This document shows positions 33,517-44,076 of a stretch of 64,000 bases of DNA, in pieces. The DNA is taken from positions 3,096 to 67,095 of the forward strand of contig JBEKWU010000004.1 of NCBI GenBank assembly GCA_049512775.1, written 5' to 3'. Made by a program: the position numbers and the translations under genes. The first letter of the stretch is position 1, and every line of letters starts with the position of its first letter. This DNA comes from Bryobacteraceae bacterium. Lineage in GTDB: Bacteria > Acidobacteriota > Terriglobia > Bryobacterales > Bryobacteraceae. The notes beneath the pieces were generated by a model. It worked only from the letters and a program-made list of their open reading frames with translations. It ran no database searches and was not told the origin of the DNA.

Positions 33517-34599
33517 CTAGAATCGCAGGTGAGTGGAGCGGGCGTAGGTCAGTCCGGCATGCTTGAAATCGTCGATGTGGTACCGGGTGAACTCGATGCC
33601 GGTCCGCTCGAAGAACCGCGGCCAGCCGATGCGCTCGATCCACTCGCCCAGCCGCTCGTGCTTCCGTGCGTTTTCCGCGTACACGTTTACGATGTTGACG
33701 ACGGCGTTCACCACCTCGGGCCAGCGCGGCGGGTTGTTCGGCACAAAAGGGATGGCCAGCTTGGTGAACTTCGGCGCGCTGCGCGCGTTGCTGACCTTGC
33801 CGCCCACCCAGATCGAGATGCCGTCGTTCTCGGGATCGTTCATCGGCATGGCGGGGCACACCGTATAGCAGTTGCCACAGAACATGCACTGCTCTTCGAC
33901 CACCTCGACCGACTGCTTGCCATCCACCGTCGCCGGCCGGATCGCGCCGGTCGGACAGGAGGCGATCAGCGTCGGCACCTCGCACACCTTCGCCAGTATG
34001 TCGTGGCGTATCTTCGGCGGCTTGCGATGGATGCCGAGGATCGCGATGTCCGAGCAGTGCACGGCGCCGCACATATTCAGGCAACAGGCGACCGCGATGC
34101 GCAGCTTGGCCGGCAGGTCCTGGGAGGTGAAGTGGTGGCAGAGCGCATCCATGACGCTCTTCACCAGGCCCGAAGCGTCCGTGGCCGAGGAGTGGCAGTG
34201 CACCCATCCCTGCGTGTGGACGATGTTGCTGATGGCATTATTGGTCCCGCCCACCGGGAAGCCGGCGTCCGCGAGATCCTTCTTGAGCGGCTCGATCTTG
34301 CCCGCGTCGTCGAGCAGGAACTCGACATTGTTGCGGCTGGTGAAGCGCAGGTAGCCGCCGCAGTACTTGTCGGCCAAGTCGGCGAAGAACCGGATGGTCT
34401 GGATGCTCAGCAGGCGTGGCGAGCCGGCGCGCACCGTGTAGAGCCGGTCGCCCGAGTGAGCCACGTGGCAGAGCACGCCGGGCGCGAGCGTTTCGTGGTA
34501 CTTCCACTGCCCGTAGTTCTTCTTGATCAGCGGATGGAGAAATTTCTCGTAATGGGGCGGTCCGATATCGGTGATTCTTTTGGTTGGTGCGGTTGCCAT
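33517..34599 (-). CDS. dsrB: Dissimilatory sulfite reductase beta subunit
   Basis: [23 protein letters not shown]...[13 protein letters not shown]...[10 protein letters not shown]...[14 protein letters not shown]...CPTGAI...[12 protein letters not shown]. Confidence 0.95.
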   Translation of the reverse strand: MATAPTKRITDIGPPHYEKFLHPLIKKNYGQWKYHETLAPGVLCHVAHSGDRLYTVRAGSPRLLSIQTIRFFADLADKYCGGYLRFTSRNNVEFLLDDAGKIEPLKKDLADAGFPVGGTNNAISNIVHTQGWVHCHSSATDASGLVKSVMDALCHHFTSQDLPAKLRIAVACCLNMCGAVHCSDIAILGIHRKPPKIRHDILAKVCEVPTLIASCPTGAIRPATVDGKQSVEVVEEQCMFCGNCYTVCPAMPMNDPENDGISIWVGGKVSNARSAPKFTKLAIPFVPNNPPRWPEVVNAVVNIVNVYAENARKHERLGEWIERIGWPRFFERTGIEFTRYHIDDFKHAGLTYARSTHLRF

Positions 34600-34617
34600 G
34601 ATCTCATCTCCTCTCGA

Positions 34618-35805
34618 TCACTTCTCATCTTCGGGCTGGAAGTAGATATACGGGTTGTCGCGCGGCGCCGCGATCATCTCGGGAGCCGGCTCCAGACCGA
34701 TCGCATCGAGGAAGTTGGCCATCCCGACGCGCTGGATCAGCTCGCCGACGCGCTCGCGGTTCTTGCCGTACTCATCCCAGAACTCCCACACGCGAGAGAC
34801 CAGTTCCTTGACGGTATCGAGCAATTCATCCTCCGGCACAAACGGCACCAGCACGGAGGAAAGCAGCGCGCCCTGCATGATCGGCGCCTTGGAGCCGATC
34901 AGCAGCGTGGCGCCTTTCTCCTTGCCCGGAGCGAGCGCTTTCGGCATTACGTTGATGCAGTGCATGCAGCGGACGCACTCGCGGTTCTCGATTGCGAGCT
35001 TCTGCCCGTCCCAATCCATGCACTGGGTCGGGCACAGGTCGCAGACCTCTTTCTGGATGTCCAGGCCGCCGGCGGCGTATTCGGCCACCGCGGCGTCGTC
35101 CTGCTGGATATCGTCCTTCCAGGTCCCGATGATCGAGAGGTCGGAGCGCGCGATCGAAGCGACGCAGTCGTTGGGGCATCCGGAGCACTTGAACTTGAAC
35201 TTATAGGGGAACGGCGGCCGGTGCATCTCGTCCTGGTAGGCGCGAGTGAGGTTGTCGCACAGCTTGAGGGTGTCGTAGCACGCCCACTCGCAGCGCGCCC
35301 GGCCCACGCAGGCGGACGGCGTCCGCACACAGGACCCCGAACCGCCCAGGTCGAAGCCGGCTTCGGTCAGCTCCTTGAAGGTGGGCTCCAGCTCGGCGGT
35401 CTTGGTCCCGAGGAAGATGATGTCGCCGGTGGAGCCGTGCATGTTGGTGAGGCCCGAGCCGTGGCGCTCCCAGATATCGCAGAGCGTCCGCAAAGCCTCG
35501 CTGGTGTAGAACCAGCCGGAGGGCTGATTGACGCGCAGCGTGTGGAAGTGCGCCACCTTCGGGAACTGCTCGGGAACGTCGCTGTAACGGCCGATCACGC
35601 CGCCGCCGTAACCGAGCACGCCGACGATTCCGCCGTGCTTCCAGTGCCCCTTCTTCTCTTTGTACGACAGCTCGAGCTGGCCGAGCAGGTCGTTGCACAT
35701 CGGGTTGGTTTCGCCGGCTCTCTTGATCTCCCTGACGAAACTCGGCCAGGGACCCTTTTCCAACTCGTCCAGCAGTTCAGTTTTCGGTTTGTCGTTGTCG
35801 GCCAT
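34618..35805 (-). CDS. dsrA: Dissimilatory sulfite reductase alpha subunit
   Basis: [28 protein letters not shown]...[16 protein letters not shown]...[19 protein letters not shown]...[20 protein letters not shown]...[17 protein letters not shown] precedes the ATG. Confidence 0.95.
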   Translation of the reverse strand: MADNDKPKTELLDELEKGPWPSFVREIKRAGETNPMCNDLLGQLELSYKEKKGHWKHGGIVGVLGYGGGVIGRYSDVPEQFPKVAHFHTLRVNQPSGWFYTSEALRTLCDIWERHGSGLTNMHGSTGDIIFLGTKTAELEPTFKELTEAGFDLGGSGSCVRTPSACVGRARCEWACYDTLKLCDNLTRAYQDEMHRPPFPYKFKFKCSGCPNDCVASIARSDLSIIGTWKDDIQQDDAAVAEYAAGGLDIQKEVCDLCPTQCMDWDGQKLAIENRECVRCMHCINVMPKALAPGKEKGATLLIGSKAPIMQGALLSSVLVPFVPEDELLDTVKELVSRVWEFWDEYGKNRERVGELIQRVGMANFLDAIGLEPAPEMIAAPRDNPYIYFQPEDEK

Positions 35806-35836
35806 GTGACCTCCCGCCGGGCCTCTCGCCCGGCCG

Positions 35837-36925
35837 CTATGATTTTCTGCCCACCGCTGCCATCGCGACTGTCCGGTAGACGAAGTGCGCAAACTTCGAG
35901 TAAGGCGCGTACAGGAACAGGGCGAAGATCAGCACCAAGTGTACAAAATACACCACATACATTGTGCCCGCCGCCCGGGCCAAGCGCAGCAACTCGGAGC
36001 CGATTCCGGTCACCACCACGCCCACCAGGGTCAGCAGGAAAAACCAATCGAAATACGTGCTCGCGGTCCGCTCGACCGGATCCCGAGTTCTTTCGGCGAG
36101 CAGCGTGATGCTGCCCGCCAGAATCGCCACGGCGCAAAGGTTCGCGAAGATTTTCAGGGGGTTGGTTAAGGCGAGCGGCGTATGCACGATGCCGGCCATC
36201 GTACCGATGCCGACCACCGTCCCCATGAGCGCGAGGCCGGCGAACCCCCACAGCGTGAGCAGGTGGCCCAGGCGCCGGTTGCCGCCGCGGTCGCACTTGG
36301 AGAAGCGGCTGTGGGCCAGAATTTCCTTGAGCGCGGGCGCCAGGCCCGCGAGAATAGGCGCGCTAGCCCCGGAGGCGCGCAGCGCGCGCACAAACCGCGC
36401 GATGCCGGTCGCGAAAGCCAGTGCGACCAGGCCGGCCACGATGAAAAAGAGCGGCTCCAGTACGCCGATGGGAAACACGCTCGCGAACTTGAGCGGGTCC
36501 AGTTCGGTTTTCGGCGCCCACAGCGCAATGCCGGCAAAGATGAGCGCCGGCACGAGCAGCAGAAGCACAAGCATCTTCGGGCTGGCGACCGCTTTCGCCA
36601 GCGCCTGCGGGACGGCGAAATGCTTGATCGCCGCCTGCCTCAGCGCGCCCAGCGTATCGCTCGGGCGGGCGCCGCGCGGGCACTGGACGGTGCAGTCGCC
36701 GCAATCGTGGCAGAGCCACAGCGCGGGATCGCCGACCACCCTTTCCTTCAAGCCCCACTGCGCCGCGATAATCTGCCGCCGCGGAAAGGGCGAGTCCTCG
36801 GGCGAGAGATTGCACACGGCCGAGCAGGCGGCGCACTGGAAGCATTTCTTGAGACCGGCGCCACCCGAGCTCATGACTTCCTCGATGAACGCTGTATCCG
36901 GCTCAATCCAGACGCTCGCAGTCAT
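35837..36925 (-). CDS. qmoC: QmoC (HdrC-like Fe-S domain fused to an HdrE-like heme b membrane domain)
   Basis: [11 protein letters not shown] and [12 protein letters not shown] are followed by about six TM helices. The stop is only 31 nt upstream of the dsrA ATG. Confidence 0.85.
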   Translation of the reverse strand: MTASVWIEPDTAFIEEVMSSGGAGLKKCFQCAACSAVCNLSPEDSPFPRRQIIAAQWGLKERVVGDPALWLCHDCGDCTVQCPRGARPSDTLGALRQAAIKHFAVPQALAKAVASPKMLVLLLLVPALIFAGIALWAPKTELDPLKFASVFPIGVLEPLFFIVAGLVALAFATGIARFVRALRASGASAPILAGLAPALKEILAHSRFSKCDRGGNRRLGHLLTLWGFAGLALMGTVVGIGTMAGIVHTPLALTNPLKIFANLCAVAILAGSITLLAERTRDPVERTASTYFDWFFLLTLVGVVVTGIGSELLRLARAAGTMYVVYFVHLVLIFALFLYAPYSKFAHFVYRTVAMAAVGRKS

Positions 36926-36927
36926 GG

Positions 36928-39180
36928 CTACATTCCCTTGTAGGGGTTCGGCCCCATTGCGCGGATGCGCTCCATGAATCCGTTAATCAGCGCGGGCAGT
37001 TTCTCGCACTCGTCGATCGAGATCTCGGTGGTTTCCAGGCGCTCGGGTTCGAGCTGCAGCCGCTGGAGCGTTTCTTTGACGTTCTCCAGGCGGCGCGCGG
37101 CCAACTCGCTGCCCCGAATGAAGTGGCACTGGTAGTCGTCGCCGTACTTGCACCCGATGAACATCACCCCGTCGATGCCGCGCGACAGCGCGTCGGCGAT
37201 CCAGACGATGTTCAGCGACCCCAGGCAGCGCAGCGGGATCACCCGCACGCCCGGGTCGTAGCGGAGGCGGCGGAAACCGGCGACATCGAGCGCCGGATAG
37301 GCGTCGTTCTCGCACATGAACACGACGACGCGCGGCTTCTCCTCGTCCTCCTCGGGCACTTCGATCGCCTTGATCATCGAGGCGATCATGTCCACCGAGT
37401 AATTCTTGAACGAGATGATGCGCTCCGGGCACGCGCCCAGGCAGATGCCGCAACGTCGGCAACGGTACGGGTTCGGCTTCGGCGTGCCTTTCTCGTCCTC
37501 GTCGATGCTGCCGAACGGGCACTCCTCGGTACAACGCTTACATTGCGTGCAGCGCTGGAGCAAAAAGCTGGGAAACGAGAGATCGCCGGCCCTGGGATGA
37601 ACGGCCTGGCCCCGCGCAGCCATTTCGACCGCCTGAATGGCCTTCATCGCCGCGCCCAAGGCATCCTCTTGCGCCTGGGCCGAATCCATCGGCGCGCGCA
37701 CGGCCCCGGCCGCGTAGATTCCCGTGCGCCGGGTTTCGTACGGGAAGCAGATGAAATGCGAATCGGGGAAGCCGTGCCGCAGAACCGGCAGATCCGGCCC
37801 CTGCCGATAGGTCAAGTTCAGGATCTCGGTTCCCTTATGCGACTTCAGCTCGCCGGCGCGACGCGCGGCATCGGCACGCTGGCTTTCGGTCTCTCCCTTG
37901 GCCGCCCTCGACTCGGCATCCTCGAGCGCTCGGATCGCTTCGCCGTCGGCGGAGTTGGGCACCATGCCGGTAGCGAGCACGACCAGATCCACGTGAACGA
38001 CAACCTCCTCGCCAAGGAGCGTGTCCTTCAACGTCACTGCGAGTTCCCCGGAAGGCAGTTCTTGGACGGAAGCCACCTCGCCCTTGGTGAGGAAATTGAA
38101 CGGATGGTCCTGGGCGGCGCGGTAGAAGCGCTCGTACTGCCCCGGCGTCCGCATGTCCTTGTAGACGATGTAGACCTTGGCCCGGGCGTTCTGCTCGTGG
38201 ATGTACCCGGCGTGTTTGAGCGTGGCCATGCAGCACACGGCTGAGCAGTAGGGCAGGTGGTTTGGATCGCGAGAACCCGCGCACTGCGCGAACAAGACGC
38301 TGCCGGCTGGCCGGCCATCGGACGGCCGCGCGATCGGCCCGCCCGCCGCCATGCGCTCCAACTCGACGTTGGTGATCACGTTTGGCAGCCCGTAGCCCAG
38401 GTGCGCCAGCCGCGTAGCGTCGTACGGTTTCCAGCCCGTGGCCAGCACGATCGCCCCGGCGCGCACCGTGGAAACCACTCCTTCGCGCTCCACCGTGACA
38501 TCGAACATCCCGGGCTGGCCTTCCGTTTTGACGATCCGCGCGGACGTGAATACCTGGATCTTGGGGTGGTAACTGGCCTCCTGGATCCTTCGCGCGATGC
38601 CGTCGACCGCCGGCGCGGTGTAGGGAGGCGCACTCGGGAAGCGGCTCTTCAGCGGCGCGACGAAACCGCCCAGCCGGGCCTCTTTCTCGACCAGCACGAC
38701 TTCGTAACCGGCCGCCGCCGCCTCCAGCGCCGATGTGACGCCGGCGATGCCGCCGCCGACCACCAGCAGCTTCTTTGACACCGTTTCCGAGAGCGGCTCC
38801 GGCGGCTCCGACTTCTGCGCCTTGACGACGCCCATGCGGAGGTAGTCCTCCGCGAGCATCTGCGTATCCTCGTCCCGCGGCGCGTGGCACCAGGCCACGT
38901 GCTCGCGCAGGTTGACGCGCTCGAGCACCACCTTCGAGTCGAATGCGAACGCATCCGTTTTGGCGCGCGGAGAGCAGGCCGCGACCACTACCGTGTCTAC
39001 CGCGCCGCCCTCGACGTCCTTGCGGATCAGCTCGCGGCCCTCCGGCCCGCACAGGAACGGGTGGACCTGGCACACCGGGGCTTTGCACTCGCGCCGGGCC
39101 ACTTTGGCGAGCTGCTCCGTGTCGATCGCTTCGCCGATCCCGCAGCCGCCGCAGATGTAGACGCCGGGCTTCTTAGGCAT
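36928..39180 (-). CDS. qmoB: QmoB (HdrA-like flavoprotein with an MvhD-like C-terminal domain)
   Basis: 750 aa. LLVVGGGIAGVTSALEAAAAGYEVVLVEK, CSAVCCMATLKH, ferredoxin motifs CTQCKRCTEECP / CRRCGICLGACP, and C-terminal VVVFMCENDAYPALD. Confidence 0.9.
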   Translation of the reverse strand: MPKKPGVYICGGCGIGEAIDTEQLAKVARRECKAPVCQVHPFLCGPEGRELIRKDVEGGAVDTVVVAACSPRAKTDAFAFDSKVVLERVNLREHVAWCHAPRDEDTQMLAEDYLRMGVVKAQKSEPPEPLSETVSKKLLVVGGGIAGVTSALEAAAAGYEVVLVEKEARLGGFVAPLKSRFPSAPPYTAPAVDGIARRIQEASYHPKIQVFTSARIVKTEGQPGMFDVTVEREGVVSTVRAGAIVLATGWKPYDATRLAHLGYGLPNVITNVELERMAAGGPIARPSDGRPAGSVLFAQCAGSRDPNHLPYCSAVCCMATLKHAGYIHEQNARAKVYIVYKDMRTPGQYERFYRAAQDHPFNFLTKGEVASVQELPSGELAVTLKDTLLGEEVVVHVDLVVLATGMVPNSADGEAIRALEDAESRAAKGETESQRADAARRAGELKSHKGTEILNLTYRQGPDLPVLRHGFPDSHFICFPYETRRTGIYAAGAVRAPMDSAQAQEDALGAAMKAIQAVEMAARGQAVHPRAGDLSFPSFLLQRCTQCKRCTEECPFGSIDEDEKGTPKPNPYRCRRCGICLGACPERIISFKNYSVDMIASMIKAIEVPEEDEEKPRVVVFMCENDAYPALDVAGFRRLRYDPGVRVIPLRCLGSLNIVWIADALSRGIDGVMFIGCKYGDDYQCHFIRGSELAARRLENVKETLQRLQLEPERLETTEISIDECEKLPALINGFMERIRAMGPNPYKGM

Positions 39181-40435
39181 TGTGAGCGCTCCTCACAACG
39201 CACTGGAGGGCTTTTAGCGCCGCGCCAGTCGAGTCCTGAACCGTTGCCGAGACCTCGGCCGGGCGCCGCGCACAACCAGTCCCGTAGAGCCCGGTTTTGC
39301 CGGCCCCGTTCGCGATGAACCGGAACTCGTCCAGGACGAAGCCGGGCGGCAGATCTTCGGTCTGCGGAACGATGCCGGTGGCAAGCACCAGCAGTGCCAC
39401 GCGCAGGGTGCTCTTCACGCCGCGGGCCACGTTTTCCGCAATCACCAACAGATCGCCCGTCGCGGCATCTTCTTCGACTTTGCCGACCTTGCCCTTGACC
39501 AATTGCAGCTTGTCGTCGGCGCTGACGCGCGCATAGAACTCCTCGAGCAGTCCGGGCGTGCGGATGTCGATGTAGAAGATGGTCACCGCCGCATCGGGAT
39601 ACAGCGTGCGGATATAGGTGGACTGCTTGAGCGAGGCCGCGCAACAGACCGCCGAGCAGTACGGCAGGTGGTTTTCGTCGCGCGAGCCGGCGCACTGAAC
39701 GAAGGCGACCGAGCGTGGCTCCTGGCCGTCCGACGGGCGCAGAATCCGGCCACCCGTGGGGCCGTCACGGGCGGCCATCCGCTCGAGCATCACGTTGGTC
39801 ACGACGTTCCGGTACTTGCCGAACCCGAGATTCTCGATCTTCGCGGCGTCGTACGGCGCCCACCCCGTGGCGGCAATCACTGCGGCCGCCCGGAAGGTCC
39901 TGCACCCGGCCTGCTGCTGGAGGTCGATCGCGCCGTACTTGCAGGCGTCGGCGCAAGCGTGGCAGCCCTCCGGGCACGCGGCACGGTCGATTGCGTAACG
40001 CATCGGGAACGCCAGCGTGTGTGGCAAGTAAGCCGCTTTCGAATTCGAGAGACCGTAGTTGAACTCATCGGGGCGCTCGGCCGGGCACGCTTCGGCGCAT
40101 GCTCCGCAAGCCGTGCACGCCTCGGTCACGTAGCGCGGCGCCACTGCGACGGTTACCTCGTAATCGCCCGGCCCGCCGGTGACGTTTTCGACCCGCGCCT
40201 GCGTCAGTACGGTGATTCGCGGGTTGCTCTTGATGCGCTTGAAGTTGATCTCGAGGCCGCATCCCGGCGGGCAGAGTTTTGGGAAGTACTGGTTCATCCG
40301 CGCAACGCGGCCGCCCAGCGTGGGCGACTTCTCGACGATGATGGCCTCGCAGCCGGCTTCAGCCGCCTCTACCGCGGCGGTCACCCCGGCGATTCCGCCG
40401 CCGATTATGAGGACCGGTTTGCCGCTCCCGTTCAT
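39173..40435 (-). CDS. qmoA: QmoA (HdrA-like flavoprotein)
   Basis: PVLIIGGGIAGVTAAVEAAEAGCEAIIVEK, CTACGACAEACP, CSAVCCAASLKQ. The stop overlaps the qmoB start by 8 nt. Confidence 0.9.
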   Translation of the reverse strand: MNGSGKPVLIIGGGIAGVTAAVEAAEAGCEAIIVEKSPTLGGRVARMNQYFPKLCPPGCGLEINFKRIKSNPRITVLTQARVENVTGGPGDYEVTVAVAPRYVTEACTACGACAEACPAERPDEFNYGLSNSKAAYLPHTLAFPMRYAIDRAACPEGCHACADACKYGAIDLQQQAGCRTFRAAAVIAATGWAPYDAAKIENLGFGKYRNVVTNVMLERMAARDGPTGGRILRPSDGQEPRSVAFVQCAGSRDENHLPYCSAVCCAASLKQSTYIRTLYPDAAVTIFYIDIRTPGLLEEFYARVSADDKLQLVKGKVGKVEEDAATGDLLVIAENVARGVKSTLRVALLVLATGIVPQTEDLPPGFVLDEFRFIANGAGKTGLYGTGCARRPAEVSATVQDSTGAALKALQCVVRSAHNA

Positions 40436-41259
40436 CTCACCTCGACTGCGCTCCGGGCCGCCGCGCGCTGCTTCGTCTGCTCCGGCGCCGAGCGCCTCAT
40501 CTTCATCGTTCGTTGCCGCAACAGGCTGAACCGGAGCCACTGGATGGCGAACTCCAGCAGTTCCTCGTCGTCCGTGCGCATGGCCTCGACCCGGGTCTCA
40601 TCCACGTCGAACAGTTCGAGAAACCGAGTCTCGAACACGAAGCTGCGGAAGCGGTCCAGGTCGTAGCAGGCCATGTGGTACATGTCCATTTGCTGGGGCA
40701 TCAGGGGCTGGCCTTGGTCCCAGCCCTCGTCGAGCATCAGCGCTTTGAAGGAGGCATTGGCGGCGTCGTATTCCTCCAGGCCCTGGCTGGCGATCCACTC
40801 GCGCACCGAGGTCCCGCAGCCCTGGCCGTGCCCGTGGCAAAGATCCTCGTGGACCAGGAAGTGGAACGGATGATCGGTTGGAGTCGCATTGCGCGGTTCG
40901 GCCACCCCGAGCGGGTACATGCGGCAGGCCCAAGGGCGGTCGGCATAGATGCTGCACCCCGCGGGCGTGACGAACGGGCATGCGCCGGCCTGCGGGTCCA
41001 TCTTGAGGAGCACGGCGGGAATCTTCTGGTCCTTGCTGAAGGGCGAGATCGTGTACCGGCGCAAGAACTCCGAGGAATCGACGCCCAGCGCGCGTTTCGT
41101 GCGCAGCACATCGTAGGGCGCCAGCACGATCGCCACATCGGCACAGCAGCACGTGAAGCAGTCCAGGTGTTTGCCGCACTCGAAGGCGAAACGGTCGTCG
41201 GGGCCCATCCTCGGGCAGTCGCGCAGGATCGCCTCCTGAGTCAGTTCGCTATCCGGCAT
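40432..41259 (-). CDS. YkgJ-family (UPF0153, CxxCxxCC-type) cysteine-cluster protein
   Basis: [17 protein letters not shown] plus [25 protein letters not shown] are the YkgJ hallmark motifs. The stop overlaps the qmoA ATG (ATGA). Confidence 0.75.
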   Translation of the reverse strand: MPDSELTQEAILRDCPRMGPDDRFAFECGKHLDCFTCCCADVAIVLAPYDVLRTKRALGVDSSEFLRRYTISPFSKDQKIPAVLLKMDPQAGACPFVTPAGCSIYADRPWACRMYPLGVAEPRNATPTDHPFHFLVHEDLCHGHGQGCGTSVREWIASQGLEEYDAANASFKALMLDEGWDQGQPLMPQQMDMYHMACYDLDRFRSFVFETRFLELFDVDETRVEAMRTDDEELLEFAIQWLRFSLLRQRTMKMRRSAPEQTKQRAAARSAVEVR

Positions 41260-41536
41260 GAGTTGGCTCCCCGGCGAGGATGCCGCTTTTCAACGCATCG
41301 TTGGACCAGACCGGCAGCGGCCCACACTCGCCCGTCGTGGGATCGATTCGGCAACGATAGGATGCCGTTACATTGTAGTGCTCGCGCATCCACACCCAGC
41401 CGCGCACAAAGTAGGGGCAGTCGTCGCTGAAACAAACGTACTGGAATTCCCCGCTCCAGGTGCTGGCCTGCGGGTTGGCCCACGCGGCCATGGGGTTGCC
41501 GCAATGCGGGCACGTCGTTTGGATCTGCCTGGCCAT
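41249..41536 (-). CDS. Small Trp/Cys-rich zinc-ribbon-like protein of unknown function
   Basis: [16 protein letters not shown]...(22 aa)...CFSDDCPYF gives C-x2-C-x22-C-x4-C. A further C-x8-C pair is present ([12 protein letters not shown]). It overlaps the YkgJ start by 11 nt. I prefer the start at M17 because the track start at 41584 abuts the aprA stop. Confidence 0.55.
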   Translation of the reverse strand: MARQIQTTCPHCGNPMAAWANPQASTWSGEFQYVCFSDDCPYFVRGWVWMREHYNVTASYRCRIDPTTGECGPLPVWSNDALKSGILAGEPTHAG

Positions 41537-41584
41537 AGTCAGATTGGGGAGATCCCCGTCGCCGGGGATCTCCCCGCGAGCCAC

Positions 41585-43507
41585 CTATACAGGGGCCCCC
41601 GCGGTCTGCTGCTCGAAGATATGCCGGATCGGGCGGGCCAGCGTCTGCCAACTGTTCGTATTCGGGTCGTACTTGCAGTTGGCGAACACGTGCCACTTCT
41701 GCTCATCGATGCTGGGCTTATCAGCGCGGAAGTAGTAGCCGGGCCATCGGGTCTCTTCGCGGAACAGAACGGTCCGGACGTGCGCCTCCGCCTGCCACAT
41801 GCGGTGGACGTTCTCCCAACAACGCATGAGTTCGTGCAGGTTCTCTGCCGCCAGTTTCTCCGAGTCCTCCTTGAGGAAGGCCAGGAGCTCCAGCGCTCGC
41901 TCGAGCAGAGCCTGGTTCGTGATGAATTGAGCCGTGATGCCGCCGGCGTACTCGTCCATGATCTTCTGAAGGCGGAACATGAACATCCGGGGTTTGATGT
42001 AGTTCGGGTTGATATCGGGGTCGGTGGTTGCTTTCTGGTGCTGCTCGTAGGTGTCCAGCGGCCGCAGGATCTCGGCCTTGAGTGCTTCGATCGCGGCCGG
42101 CGAGAGGTCCGGCATGGAATTGTTCTCGACGATGTACTTGATGGCCGCCTTGGCGGCAATGCGGCCTTCCGCGTGCGAGCCCGAGGAGAACTTGTGGCTC
42201 GAGGCGCCCGAGGCGTCGCCGGCGCAGAACAGACCGCTCACCGTCGACATGTTGGCGTAACCCCAGAAGTACTCGTCGCGGGTCGAAGCCGTCTGCAAGT
42301 CTTCCGGACCGCTGATCCAGGCGCCGGAAGCGCCGGAGTGCGAGCCGATGAAGTACGGCTCGGCGGCCGCGATTTCGGAGCTGCGCTCCTCGGGCTGGAC
42401 GTTGGTCGCCGCCCAGAGGATCGCCTGGGAGATGGTCATGTCGAGGAAGTCTTCCCAGGCTTCCGACTCGAGCTCCTTCATCTTCTTCTTGTGAGCTTTC
42501 GGGTCGTCCTTGTACTTCTCCGCGATCTTCTGGAGGGCTTCTTCGGTCCGCATATAGATCGGGCCCTTGCCGTCCATCACATCCAGCATCCCCATGTAGT
42601 TGCGCAGGTTGGCGGGAATCGGTTTCACCCGGCCGTAGGGGGCCCATTTCTCCAGTTCCGGCCTGCGCTCCACCATGTAGTCGCCGCCGAAGGAATTCGT
42701 CGCGCGCGACTTGAACAGCAGGAACCACGCGCCGACCGGGCCGTAGGCGTCCTTGAAGCGCACCGGGATGAAACGCACTTCCTGGCAGGTCATCTCGGCG
42801 CCGGCTTTCAGGGTGAAGTAGGCCGAGGAGCCCGAGTTCCATGGCGGATACCAGGCGCGCCCCATGCCTTCGCCAGAGCTCCTGGGCTTGAACACGTGCA
42901 CCGCGCCGCCCATCGCCACCAGCGTGGCCTTCGACTTGAATACGTAGAACTTGTTCTCGCGCACTGAGAAGCCCACCGCGCCGGCGCAGCGGTCGCCGTC
43001 CAGCAGGGGTCCCACAATGAACACCCGCTCGAAGATCTGGCCGACGCCGTCCTCGAGCAGGGCGTTCTTGGCCGCCTCGGCGACCACCACCTTGTAGGAC
43101 TCGCCGTTGATCATCAACTGCCACCGGCCCTCATGCACATAGGCGCCGTTCTCGTCCTTCCAGATAGGCAGGCCCCACTGCTCGAACAGGTGCACCGTGG
43201 AGTCCACGTGGCGCGCGATGTTAGCGACCAGGTCCTCCCGTGTGATTCCCATCAGGTCATTGCGGACGTAATCGACGTAGTCCTTGACGGAATTGGCGCC
43301 GTCCCTCAGCCCGACGTACTGGTTGATTGCGGAGAGACCCATCGCCACCGCGCCCGAACGGTCCACGGCCGCCTTGTCCACCAGCGTCACTTTCAGCCCG
43401 TTCTTCCGGGCCCAGTAGGCCGCCTCGACCGCCGCGCCGCACGCCGCCATGCCGCCACCGAGGATAAGGAGGTCGGTCTCAACCACTACAGTTTCGAAGT
43501 TTGCCAT
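41585..43507 (-). CDS. aprA: Adenylylsulfate (APS) reductase alpha subunit
   Basis: TDLLILGGGMAACGAAVEA..., GRWQLMINGESYK, FIPVRFKDAYGPVGAWFLLFK, AEPYFIGSHSGASGAW. Confidence 0.95.
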   Translation of the reverse strand: MANFETVVVETDLLILGGGMAACGAAVEAAYWARKNGLKVTLVDKAAVDRSGAVAMGLSAINQYVGLRDGANSVKDYVDYVRNDLMGITREDLVANIARHVDSTVHLFEQWGLPIWKDENGAYVHEGRWQLMINGESYKVVVAEAAKNALLEDGVGQIFERVFIVGPLLDGDRCAGAVGFSVRENKFYVFKSKATLVAMGGAVHVFKPRSSGEGMGRAWYPPWNSGSSAYFTLKAGAEMTCQEVRFIPVRFKDAYGPVGAWFLLFKSRATNSFGGDYMVERRPELEKWAPYGRVKPIPANLRNYMGMLDVMDGKGPIYMRTEEALQKIAEKYKDDPKAHKKKMKELESEAWEDFLDMTISQAILWAATNVQPEERSSEIAAAEPYFIGSHSGASGAWISGPEDLQTASTRDEYFWGYANMSTVSGLFCAGDASGASSHKFSSGSHAEGRIAAKAAIKYIVENNSMPDLSPAAIEALKAEILRPLDTYEQHQKATTDPDINPNYIKPRMFMFRLQKIMDEYAGGITAQFITNQALLERALELLAFLKEDSEKLAAENLHELMRCWENVHRMWQAEAHVRTVLFREETRWPGYYFRADKPSIDEQKWHVFANCKYDPNTNSWQTLARPIRHIFEQQTAGAPV

Positions 43508-43522
43508 GATGATCCTCTCTTT

Positions 43523-43963
43523 CTAGCCCTTCAGGGTGAAGACCTCGGGCAGCCCCAACGAGGCTGGCTCGGTGAACAGCGCCGGGCTGTTGAGGTCGTC
43601 GCCGGCCGGAAAGCCTCCATCGGGGACCGCGGCTCCTTCCGGGGTTGTGCGAATGGGGAATTTGAACCGCTTGATCATTCCATTGCGGAACTTCACGGTC
43701 CAGAGGATGGAATCTGTGGAACGCATGGGTGTGGCAGAGGCACCCATGGGGACGAAATCGGCATAACCGCGAACCTCGACGGCCTGTGTGGGACAGATCT
43801 TCACGCAGTTGTAACACTCCCAGCACATCGAAACGTCGCGGTTGTACGCCTTCATCGTTGCCTTGTCCAGCACCATCAGGTCATTAGGGCAAATATACTG
43901 GCAAGCCGTCTTATCGAGCGCCTTGCAGCCATCGCACTTGTCAGGATTCACGTAGCTTGGCAT
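43523..43963 (-). CDS. aprB: APS reductase beta subunit
   Basis: MPSYVNPDKCDGCKALDKTACQYICPNDLM...CWECYNCVKICPTQA, with the AprB C-terminal tail. Confidence 0.95.
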   Translation of the reverse strand: MPSYVNPDKCDGCKALDKTACQYICPNDLMVLDKATMKAYNRDVSMCWECYNCVKICPTQAVEVRGYADFVPMGASATPMRSTDSILWTVKFRNGMIKRFKFPIRTTPEGAAVPDGGFPAGDDLNSPALFTEPASLGLPEVFTLKG

Positions 43964-44076
43964 TCGACCACCTTTCTCTCCCGGTTACGTCACTGCTCCA
44001 GCCTCAAACCATCCGTGGAGACACACTCCCCACTCGTCACTTGGCTCCTCTGGTGTTCTCGATCCTAAACTCTTAT

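Noticed and set aside
32818-36108. 1096-aa plus-strand ORF, the longest in the track
   Set aside because: It runs antisense to dsrL, dsrB, dsrA and the end of qmoC, all of which have unmistakable protein signatures. Its translation is Arg/Ala/Gly/Asp/His-rich low-complexity sequence with no motifs. This is the expected stop-codon-poor antisense frame of GC-rich DNA.
41537-41584. Longer version of the Zn-ribbon ORF starting at 41584 ([16 protein letters not shown]...)
   Set aside because: That start abuts the aprA stop codon with no room for an RBS, and the extra 16 residues are low-complexity. The ATG at 41536 is more plausible, though this is unproven.
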